Made by a program: the position numbers and the translations under genes. 32,000 nucleotides of DNA from Pyrodictium abyssi (GTDB lineage: Archaea; Thermoproteota; Thermoprotei_A; Sulfolobales; Pyrodictiaceae), in the NCBI RefSeq assembly GCF_036323395.1, contig NZ_AP028907.1, positions 90,001 through 122,000 of the forward strand, read 5' to 3'. Positions 25,826 to 32,000 of this stretch are shown one piece after another; positions within the stretch are counted from its first letter, which is position 1, and each line of letters opens with the position of its first letter. Below the pieces are notes generated by a model. It saw nothing but the letters and a program-made list of their open reading frames with translations. It did not search any database and was not told the DNA's origin.

Positions 25826-26638
25826 TTAGACGAGGCCCTTCTGTACACGGAGGTCGTACCATTCGTGTAGCTTTCCGTACCAGTAGCCGAACACGAAGTG
25901 CCAGTACTTGCTGAAGGGTATCAGCATTAGCAGTATCTCGGCACCGAGTATGTGGAAGCCCAGCACTGTTCTGTAGGTGCCTACGTCCATTGTGACTGTT
26001 CCTGTAGAGTGCCTGGCTGCTGCGTAGCCTGTTAGCAGTATGAACATTAGCAGGCCTAGCGAGAAGTAGTCGCTCCACCTTACGTGGCGGAGCCCGTGGG
26101 CCTGCTCCATCACCTTAGTGCCTATCTTGAACGCTACACCGAGTATAGCTAGTATGGCTAGCACGTCACCGTTGAGTATCACTGTTAGCGGGCCCCAGAT
26201 GCTGTTGACGAACTTAACCTCTATTGGCGAGGTTATGGTTAGGGTTGAGGTTGTCACGCTCAGCGGTATCCATAGCCCAGTCTCTGCTACTAGCTTGTAT
26301 GGTGCGAACCAGTAGGCGAAGAACGCTACATGGTGTGCTAGCAGGAATATTAGGGGTAGCACGCCTACGATGTGTAGTGCTACTAGGCCTGCTAGGAAGT
26401 CGTGTGGCTTCGCCTTCATGCTGAATATTATGGGGTCTACGAATGTTCTTACAAGCCCTATTATCCATGCTCCTACTCCGCGGTTGCGCGGCTCAGCCTT
26501 CACTACGCGGCGCCAGAGAAGCACCATCTTGGCTAGCCTGTAGGCGGTGCCGAAGGCGAATACTGTTATCGCTACCCAGAAGAAGTAGTATACTGCGAAG
26601 CTGTAAACATCCGCAGTACTACCGCCCAAGTACCCCAT
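25826..26638 (-). CDS. isp1: Isp1: NarI/HdrE/DsrM-like dihaem cytochrome b membrane anchor
   Basis: A multi-TM protein containing LHIVGVLPLIFLLAHH and GFHILGAEILLMLIPFSKYWH. The two His in the second motif are 18 residues apart, and the PFSK..H motif is typical of the nitrate-reductase-gamma fold. Confidence 0.85.
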   Translation of the reverse strand: MGYLGGSTADVYSFAVYYFFWVAITVFAFGTAYRLAKMVLLWRRVVKAEPRNRGVGAWIIGLVRTFVDPIIFSMKAKPHDFLAGLVALHIVGVLPLIFLLAHHVAFFAYWFAPYKLVAETGLWIPLSVTTSTLTITSPIEVKFVNSIWGPLTVILNGDVLAILAILGVAFKIGTKVMEQAHGLRHVRWSDYFSLGLLMFILLTGYAAARHSTGTVTMDVGTYRTVLGFHILGAEILLMLIPFSKYWHFVFGYWYGKLHEWYDLRVQKGLV

Positions 26639-26767
26639 TAACCTGCCACCTCACCCTTCCATCCCATACAGTAGTACACGGTACGCTCCACAACTGTTAT
26701 GGACACAGCCCTAGGGCGCTAGGCTGGGGCAAAAAGCCCGGATACTACGCGGCTCTTGCAAGCCTCT

Positions 26768-28198
26768 TTAGCCGCGTCCCTGCTCCTTCTTGGCCCTCTC
26801 AGCCTTCTTCTCGACCATCTTAGATACTCCATAGGCTACGGCTGCACCCGCTACAGCGGCTACAGCGGCACTAGCCGCAGTAGAGGCTGTACTCGGCGTT
26901 GTGGGCGCCTGTAGCGGCTTGTAGAACGGCTCGAACGCGTCAGTGAAGCCCGGCATGGTACAGCCTATACACACGCCGCCGGTCCTCGTGGGGCCGCCTA
27001 CGCCCTCGACCCAGCCGACCTTGTTCCAGGGACAGTTGCTGATCGGGCCCTTACAGCCGACTGCGAAGAGGCACTTGTAGTCAGAGTCACCAGGCTCCTT
27101 ACGGAGGTCGCCGGCAGCGTAGCTCCCTGCCCTCGGGCACTGCTCGTGCACTGTTGGACCGAAGATGTACTTTGGCCTCCAGTACTGGTCGAGCTCTGGC
27201 AGCGGTAGGATGCCCTTAGCCCACAGTATCAGGTTGGCTATGACGCGGAGCTGGCCGTTACCGTTCGCAGGACAGCCGGGCACGGCGATGGCCGGCCGGC
27301 AGTCTGGCCTAATCTCGCCAGGCTTTAGGGAGCACTTACCGTAGACGAAGTTGCGGAACGGCTTCGCCTCCTCGAGCAGGTCTACTAGGCCCTTGTTGCC
27401 CCTAACCGGGTCGGGGAAGAAGCCTACCGCGCCCGTTGGGCTAGCGCTCCATCCCTTACCAGCCCATGTCTCGAATAGGTCGTAACCCATCTTCTTCACG
27501 AACTCTACCTCTACTACCTTGTTGGCGGGGATGCCGCCGTAGCACGCACAGTTGCCGACAGCAATCACTGCTACCGCGCGCGGTAGAAGGCGCCTCATCC
27601 ACTCCGTACACGATATAGGCTTACCGTTCTCGTCGCCTATGTAGCAGAAGTAGTCGCTATAGAGTGGGCCCCCAGCCTTCTCGTCTATGGGGAAACTGCC
27701 CTCAAGCACGAGTATGAATGGGTCGAGCTTGCCCTGCTCTGCGAGCTTTAGCACGTCTATAGGGCTTGTGAGGAGTAGGCCGGGGTTGTAGCCTAGGTCA
27801 AGGAAGGTCTTTAGGGTCTTCTTGAGCGGGTCATCGTCGGGGAGCTTCTCCACGAGGGCGGCTACTTCCTCGGGGCTCATCTCGGCGAGCTTCTTAGCGT
27901 ACTCGGGTGTCTCCTCGCCCCAGCTGAGCATCACCGTCTCATGGAAGAGTAGCTTTACTGTACCCGGGCCTGCCACGTGGCTGTAGCCGCCTAGAACCTC
28001 GACGAGGTCGGGCTTGGTAGCCTGGATTATCGCTGTCGTGTTGCCAGCGCAGTCCTGCGCCTCGAACCATATTATGTTTATACCGCCCGACTTGACCTCG
28101 GCTATGGCCTTCTTTATCAGCTCGTCCCAGTTGAGGCTGGCGAAGAATGCTGCAGTCCCCGTGAGCTTTAGAAAGTCCCTACGGGAGAGCTTGGCCAT
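26768..28198 (-). CDS. hynS: [NiFe]-hydrogenase small subunit, Tat-exported, with C-terminal TM anchor
   Basis: A twin-arginine signal (SRRDFLKL) is present. Collinear small-subunit motifs are IIWFEAQDCAGNT, LEGSFP, AVIAVGNCACYGGIPA, VPGCPANG, VHEQCPR, CLFAVGCKGPISNCP and VCIGCTMPGF.D. The C-terminus is a Thr/Ser/Ala linker plus a hydrophobic helix. Confidence 0.9.
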   Translation of the reverse strand: MAKLSRRDFLKLTGTAAFFASLNWDELIKKAIAEVKSGGINIIWFEAQDCAGNTTAIIQATKPDLVEVLGGYSHVAGPGTVKLLFHETVMLSWGEETPEYAKKLAEMSPEEVAALVEKLPDDDPLKKTLKTFLDLGYNPGLLLTSPIDVLKLAEQGKLDPFILVLEGSFPIDEKAGGPLYSDYFCYIGDENGKPISCTEWMRRLLPRAVAVIAVGNCACYGGIPANKVVEVEFVKKMGYDLFETWAGKGWSASPTGAVGFFPDPVRGNKGLVDLLEEAKPFRNFVYGKCSLKPGEIRPDCRPAIAVPGCPANGNGQLRVIANLILWAKGILPLPELDQYWRPKYIFGPTVHEQCPRAGSYAAGDLRKEPGDSDYKCLFAVGCKGPISNCPWNKVGWVEGVGGPTRTGGVCIGCTMPGFTDAFEPFYKPLQAPTTPSTASTAASAAVAAVAGAAVAYGVSKMVEKKAERAKKEQGRG

Positions 28199-28258
28199 GA
28201 AGCGGTTCCCCCATTTTCTTTTTCCCCGCTACCGAAGATACTCCGTACGATGAATCTT

Positions 28259-28271
28259 AATAAATATATTT
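28259..28271 (-). promoter_or_regulatory. AT-rich TATA-like box upstream of hynS
   Basis: The minus strand reads AAATATATTTATT, centred about 67 nt upstream of ATG 28198. It is one of the few AT-rich islands in an otherwise GC-rich window. Confidence 0.35.
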
Positions 28272-28592
28272 CGAGGGCAGGAAACCCGGTAGTCTTTAAC
28301 GCCCAAAAATGCGAGATAATTATAGAGTCATACAGATTCGCGGACTACCAGCCCAGCATAAAGGACGCACCGGCATCGCATAGCAGTGCGCTCTGCATCT
28401 GTCTAAAGCCGTCCTCCTTGCCAGGGTTCTTCGGTAAACCCCGCCAGCCTCACAGCCCCAGGGAGCCCCGGGGGCTCAGACCCCGTAGGCGCTAAACTCC
28501 ACATCCAGGCTACAAATGCTCGGAGCCCCCTGCCCATAAACTATTACCCGTGTGCAGGAGTAACGGCTCTAGCACGCTACGAGGAGAGCTTA

Positions 28593-28623
28593 ATGTAGCA
28601 GCCCCGGGCCGAGCATGTAGCAG
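28593..28623 (+). repeat. direct repeat ATGTAGCAG x2 (28593-28601 and 28615-28623), start-to-start spacing 22 nt
   Basis: Read directly from the sequence. It lies immediately upstream of the TTG start at 28640 and overlaps a GGGAGGA purine tract. Confidence 0.4.
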
Positions 28624-28639
28624 GGAGGAATGACCGTCC

Positions 28640-29032
28640 TTGACCACCCCTGAGGAGAGGAGACGTGCACTGATAGAGGGGCTCCGGGGCCTCATCCGGC
28701 TAGGCAGCCAGGCGGCAGAAGCCGTGGACGAGGTGCGCCAGGAGATACTGGGAGCCCTTGAGGAGGCTCTAGGTATCGAGCTTACTCCGGAGAAGCGGGT
28801 GCTCCGCAGCCTCTACAGCTTTAACCCGCCACGGCAACCTAGCCTTGAGGAGCTACGCGCGCTTATAGCGCGGAGTATGGGGCTGGAGGATGGCTCACAG
28901 CTCGAGGAGTACCTCCGGGGGCTCGGAGGAGCCCAGGAAGCTGGTAGCAGTGGTACCGAACCCGCTCGTGAAGGGGGGCAGCGGCCTCCTAGAGCTAGTC
29001 CTGGAGCTGATAGGGAGGGAGCCGGAGGCTAG
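28640..29032 (+). CDS. hypothetical helical protein (first gene of the hydrogenase-maturation-side operon)
   Basis: TTG start preceded by GGGAGGA. The first ~95 aa are plausibly helical (EERRRALIEGLRGLIRLGSQAAEAVDEVRQEILGALEEALG...). The last ~35 aa are Gly/Ala/Pro/Arg-rich low-complexity sequence that overlaps the next ORF, so the true 3' end is uncertain. Confidence 0.4.
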   Translation: MTTPEERRRALIEGLRGLIRLGSQAAEAVDEVRQEILGALEEALGIELTPEKRVLRSLYSFNPPRQPSLEELRALIARSMGLEDGSQLEEYLRGLGGAQEAGSSGTEPAREGGQRPPRASPGADREGAGG

Positions 29033-29399
29033 GATAGGTAGATGCATAGTGATAGACGGGTCCATGGACGCTCTATCACTGGTCGATGAGGCCTCGAGCA
29101 GGGGCGTCGAGGACATTGTCATCCTCGGCGCGATACACACAGACGGCCGCGGCAGGGGCATGTACACCCGGGTAGTAGAGCCCCGCGACGCCAGGGCTAT
29201 GAGCCCACAGCAGCTCACCAAGGAGCTTTGGATGAACCTGACAGGCAGCCTCGGGCTAGACGACTACGCGGCTGCGCTGAGCCTCCTCTGGAGCCGCGCC
29301 TTTATCCTAGCCGAGTGCGACCCCGGTGACTCGGAGGACCCGGAGGAGGCGTGCAAGAGGCTTGCAAGAGAGTGGATCCAGCGCGAGTGCGGGGCGTAG
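28890..29399 (+). CDS. degenerate hydrogenase maturation endopeptidase paralogue (HyaD/HybD/HycI-like fold, N-terminal acidic metal ligand missing)
   Basis: KLVAVVPNPLVKGGSGLL aligns with the GIGNPL.GDDG.G motif but has GG in place of DD. The later positions are retained (CIVIDGS, AIHTDG). Its size matches the domain and it lies directly upstream of a canonical paralogue. Confidence 0.5.
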   Translation: MAHSSRSTSGGSEEPRKLVAVVPNPLVKGGSGLLELVLELIGREPEARIGRCIVIDGSMDALSLVDEASSRGVEDIVILGAIHTDGRGRGMYTRVVEPRDARAMSPQQLTKELWMNLTGSLGLDDYAAALSLLWSRAFILAECDPGDSEDPEEACKRLAREWIQRECGA

Positions 29400-29400
29400 G

Positions 29401-29946
29401 GTGCTCGTACTGGGTATAGGCAATACACTCCACGGCGACGACGGTATTGGCTACTGCCTGGCGCGCGGCATAGAAGCCTGCGGCGGCGTGGAGGGCGCCG
29501 ACGTAGCTGCTATCCAGGAGCTAAACCCTGGCCACATAACCGTCCTGGACGGCTACGACGTAGTAGTGTTCATAGACGCCTTCATATCCGACGACATGCC
29601 AGAGCACGCGCGGGTCGCGGTCCTCGAGCTCGACCCTTCCCGTCTCAGCAAGGAAGAGATAGCCGCGCTCGTGCAGGAGATGGATCCCCATAGCCTTAAC
29701 CCTATTAGGCTGATGGTGCTATCCTACGCTGCACAGCTCTTCCGGGGCAATGCATACCTCGTCGGCGTAAGGCCCTACAGGATAGAGTTCCTGGAGGGGC
29801 TCAGCACCGAGATAAAAGAGGCCATACCGAAGGCGCTAGAGGAGCTAAGACGTGTATTCGCCGGGCTCGGCGCCGCCATGAAGGCCAGCAGCGACTGTGT
29901 CATGAGCTGGATTGAGAATCACTGCAGTAAACCACTCCTCGACTAG
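29401..29946 (+). CDS. [NiFe]-hydrogenase maturation endopeptidase (HyaD/HybD/HoxM family)
   Basis: VLVLGIGNTLHGDDGIGYCLA, VVFIDAF and MDPHSLNP carry the three metal-ligand positions. The start is placed at the in-frame GTG at 29401, directly after the upstream stop. The track ORF begins at 29326 with an Arg-rich stretch that overlaps the previous gene. Confidence 0.85.
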   Translation: MLVLGIGNTLHGDDGIGYCLARGIEACGGVEGADVAAIQELNPGHITVLDGYDVVVFIDAFISDDMPEHARVAVLELDPSRLSKEEIAALVQEMDPHSLNPIRLMVLSYAAQLFRGNAYLVGVRPYRIEFLEGLSTEIKEAIPKALEELRRVFAGLGAAMKASSDCVMSWIENHCSKPLLD

Positions 29947-30025
29947 CTGGTCAATATACACGTGGCTGTGAGTAGCGCATATACTCCGCTGCTTTAACGG
30001 CCGCATGGTGTCGTGGTCTAGCTGT

Positions 30026-30988
30026 TTATTGTAGGCCGAGCCTCTGGCGCGCTCTGCGGCACGCTTCAACCATTTCCTCATCTATTATCGGTATGCCTTT
30101 CTCGTAGAACCACTCGCCGAAGTCGTGGTCGCTGGTGAGTATATGGTTCTTCACCCACTCGGACAGGAAGTGCAGGATACTCAGTGTTAGCTGCTTCTCG
30201 CCAGCCTCGTACTGCTCCATGAACTCTGCTACCTTCTTTACGAAGCCCTCGTGCTGGCGGCGGTGGCTCTCTGCGCGTGGGTACCCGTACTTGTCGAAGA
30301 GCTTCTCCTCGCTGCGGAAGTGGAACTTGGTGTAGTCTACCAGGCTGTTGAGCGTCTCATCCACTACTTTCTTTTCTTCGCCGGCTAGTATGCTTATGTA
30401 GAGGTTGTTTAGCACCGTGACCAGGTAGCGGTGCTGGTTGTCGACGCCCCGGATGTAGACGCTGAACTCGGGCCCCCAGCGGTACATGTAGCGCCTCAGC
30501 TTGGCCACGACGACGCGTACCTTGCCAGTCCACTCGTCAAGAGCATGCAGTGCGTCGAGCCCATAGCTTACGCCTAGGCCCGGCTCCTCGAGGCGTACAG
30601 CAGTGATTATTACACCATACGTTAGTATCCATGCGTTAAGCCTCTCCCCCTCTATTATGAGGAGCCGGGGCCCCATTTCGGGCTCGAGCCTGGATGCTAC
30701 AAGGTGTTTCACTTGGCCCTGGAGCCCGTGTAGCCGCGTCTCGAACTCCTCCTTGGACTCGGCTGCTTCGAGTATGTAGAGAACGAGGCTTGGATCGTCA
30801 AGCAGTCTACTATTCCACTCTATGCTCTCGGCGACGTAGGAGAAGGGCGGCACCATTGTCTTCGGTATGGGTTTTCTCTCCTCAGGTATCTCGTCCACGC
30901 CTACCTCTACTATGTACCGTACGTCTGGGTCGCGTGTATGCCACCAGTATCGGAGCTTGCGTAGAAACCCGGGTGTCAAGGAGACCAC
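30026..30988 (-). CDS. two-domain protein: unknown N-terminal domain (~170 aa) fused to a C-terminal hemerythrin-like metal-binding domain
   Basis: The C-terminal part (about 30101-30475) has the bacteriohemerythrin ligand pattern: VDNQHRYL, YTKFHFRSEEKLF, YPRAESHRRQHEGF, WVKNHILTSDHDF. The N-terminal half has no motif I recognise. GTG start. Confidence 0.8.
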   Translation of the reverse strand: MVSLTPGFLRKLRYWWHTRDPDVRYIVEVGVDEIPEERKPIPKTMVPPFSYVAESIEWNSRLLDDPSLVLYILEAAESKEEFETRLHGLQGQVKHLVASRLEPEMGPRLLIIEGERLNAWILTYGVIITAVRLEEPGLGVSYGLDALHALDEWTGKVRVVVAKLRRYMYRWGPEFSVYIRGVDNQHRYLVTVLNNLYISILAGEEKKVVDETLNSLVDYTKFHFRSEEKLFDKYGYPRAESHRRQHEGFVKKVAEFMEQYEAGEKQLTLSILHFLSEWVKNHILTSDHDFGEWFYEKGIPIIDEEMVEACRRARQRLGLQ

Positions 30989-31184
30989 AAACCCCAGTGG
31001 GTTACCTGGCTTATGCTCATATATTTGTCTTGTCTCTTAATTATTCATCAGTTTACATATAGTACAATAACCTGCTCATCTTGAGTCATGCATGCAGAGG
31101 CAGACCATACGCTACTGATGATTAGCCCCGCAAGGAGCGTATTATTAGGAGCCCGGCTGCTAGGCTAGCAGCAGGGGTCTAAGC

Positions 31185-31592
31185 ATGGAAAATAGCTACT
31201 GTAGCAGGAAGTCTGACGAGATAATACACTTCGTGACATGGCGTATGGACAATATGCCGGACTACAAGGACTGGGTTATGTCGATGCTACGAGCCTGGGG
31301 CGCGATGCTCAACGAGGCAAACAACCAGCGCTCTCTCCTCCCCTTCGCCTCGCTGGCGTTAACCCACCTCGGCGTCGGCCTCACCGCCACCTATGTTATC
31401 GAGGGGGCTAGCCCGGAGGAGGCCCTCAAGAAGGCTAAGGAGGAGCTATGTGCCGTGTATAAGGCTAGCCTCGAGCTGCTCGATAAAGCGTTCCAGCAGG
31501 GCAAGATAATGGAGATAATAGAGGAGTCCATGAGGGAGGCAGAGGAAGCTGTTCAGAGCGAGGGCGTGGAACAGGCCAGAGAAGGCTCCTAG
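31185..31592 (+). CDS. hypothetical protein
   Basis: A 135-aa ORF with reasonable codon use and a helical, acidic C-terminus. No recognisable motifs. Alternative starts are at MDNMPDY or MPDY. Confidence 0.45.
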   Translation: MENSYCSRKSDEIIHFVTWRMDNMPDYKDWVMSMLRAWGAMLNEANNQRSLLPFASLALTHLGVGLTATYVIEGASPEEALKKAKEELCAVYKASLELLDKAFQQGKIMEIIEESMREAEEAVQSEGVEQAREGS

Positions 31593-31633
31593 ACGGATCA
31601 GCCAATGCTTCCACGCCGCCGTCCTAGCCAGGG

Positions 31634-32000
31634 CTATTCTTCGAGCCTAGCCGCTGCTACCAGGAGCTGGCCCGCAGCTATCCCGCCGTCGCCTGGCGGC
31701 AGGCGGCGGGGTACTTGTGCCTCTAGGCCATGGCCTCTCAGTGCCTCCCGGATCCCCTGGACTATGGGGGTGTTGACTGCCGCGCCTCCGGCGATGTATA
31801 CTGGGCCGTCTAGCCCTCTTGCTGCGCGGGCTGCTGCTTCTCCTAGGGCTCTGCCTAGGCCGCGCTGGACCGTGGCTGCTATGTCCCTTGTGGGGAGCCT
31901 GTCGAGGTTCTCGATGACCCAGTGTAGGAGCCCCGGGGTGTCAACCACGAGGCGGCCGTCTAGGCTGAGAAGCCTCGGAGTGTAGCCATGGTCGCGGCCT
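31634..32000 (-). CDS. hypF: [NiFe]-hydrogenase maturation carbamoyltransferase HypF, C-terminal fragment (continues past the right edge)
   Basis: The C-terminus ...VYIAGGAAVNTPIVQGIREAL...VPRRLPPGDGGIAAGQ matches the Kae1-like end of HypF (SGGV.QN ... P.NDGGI.LGQ). By hand translation the frame stays open upstream of the track's GTG through to position 32000 (...ARDHGYTPRLLSLDGRLVVDTPG). Confidence 0.8.
   Translation of the reverse strand, partial: GRDHGYTPRLLSLDGRLVVDTPGLLHWVIENLDRLPTRDIAATVQRGLGRALGEAAARAARGLDGPVYIAGGAAVNTPIVQGIREALRGHGLEAQVPRRLPPGDGGIAAGQLLVAAARLEE

Noticed and set aside
28250-28495. An 81-aa plus-strand ORF in the hynS upstream spacer.
   Set aside because: It starts inside the AT-rich promoter island and ends in a Pro/Arg-rich tail. 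It has no motif and is more likely non-coding leader or promoter sequence.
28340-28640. I checked the GC-rich spacer for RNase P RNA or SRP RNA signatures.
   Set aside because: I could not find the conserved GAGGAAAGUCC / ACAGAA (RNase P) or CUGUAAC / GNAR helix-8 (SRP) motifs. Only a weak GGAGGAATGACCG resemblance was seen.
28900-28990. A programmed or accidental +1 frameshift fusing the 28640 ORF to the protease-like ORF.
   Set aside because: It cannot be excluded, but the protease-like domain starts right where the HybD-type N-terminus is expected, and an in-frame ATG at 28890 is available. Two overlapping genes is the simpler reading. It is kept as a caveat in the findings.
1-32000. I scanned for tRNA/rRNA genes, CRISPR repeats, IS elements, integrases and long direct or inverted repeats.
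   Set aside because: No T-loop-like GGTTCGAATCC-type motif, no regularly spaced repeats, and no transposase- or integrase-like ORF was seen. The scan was visual only, so short or degenerate elements could have been missed.

Overview
The window is a gene-dense, GC-rich stretch that looks like a hyperthermophilic crenarchaeon, probably Desulfurococcales-like. That call is an inference from protein families, AGG/ATA codon use, oligo-T terminators and AT-rich TATA islands. I found no rRNA, tRNA, CRISPR array, transposase or integrase by eye.

Core metabolism (1-14.3 kb):
- A mannosylglycerate compatible-solute pair, mpgS-mpgP.
- A long minus-strand arginine block: argG, argH, carA, carB and an ArgX/LysX-type ATP-grasp ligase.
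- A divergently transcribed ACT-domain protein.
- A minus-strand aspartate-family block, hom-ask-asd, headed by a protein-only RNase P homologue (HARP/PIN_5).

Accessory genes (15-32 kb):
- An Rnl3-type RNA ligase and a YbjQ-like protein.
- A redox cluster with a divergent HdrD-like CCG/FeS protein facing a plus-strand run of five genes: a degenerate PDO-like thioredoxin-fold protein, a TusA-like protein, a NarI-like dihaem cytochrome b candidate, a membrane-anchored CPHC thioredoxin and CcdA/DsbD.
- An orphan DUF4258 toxin-like gene, an SDR and a YdjM-like hydrolase.
- An Isp-type [NiFe]-hydrogenase module, hynS-isp1-isp2, which ends at an oligo-T tract with no large-subunit gene.
- Maturation-related genes: two endopeptidase paralogues (one degenerate), a hemerythrin-fusion protein and the 3' end of hypF.

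The most unusual items are the large-subunit-less hydrogenase module with a non-canonical proximal-cluster motif, and the HdrD/cyt b/TusA/thioredoxin/CcdA cluster. All functional calls come from motif recognition by eye on the supplied translations. No searches were run.
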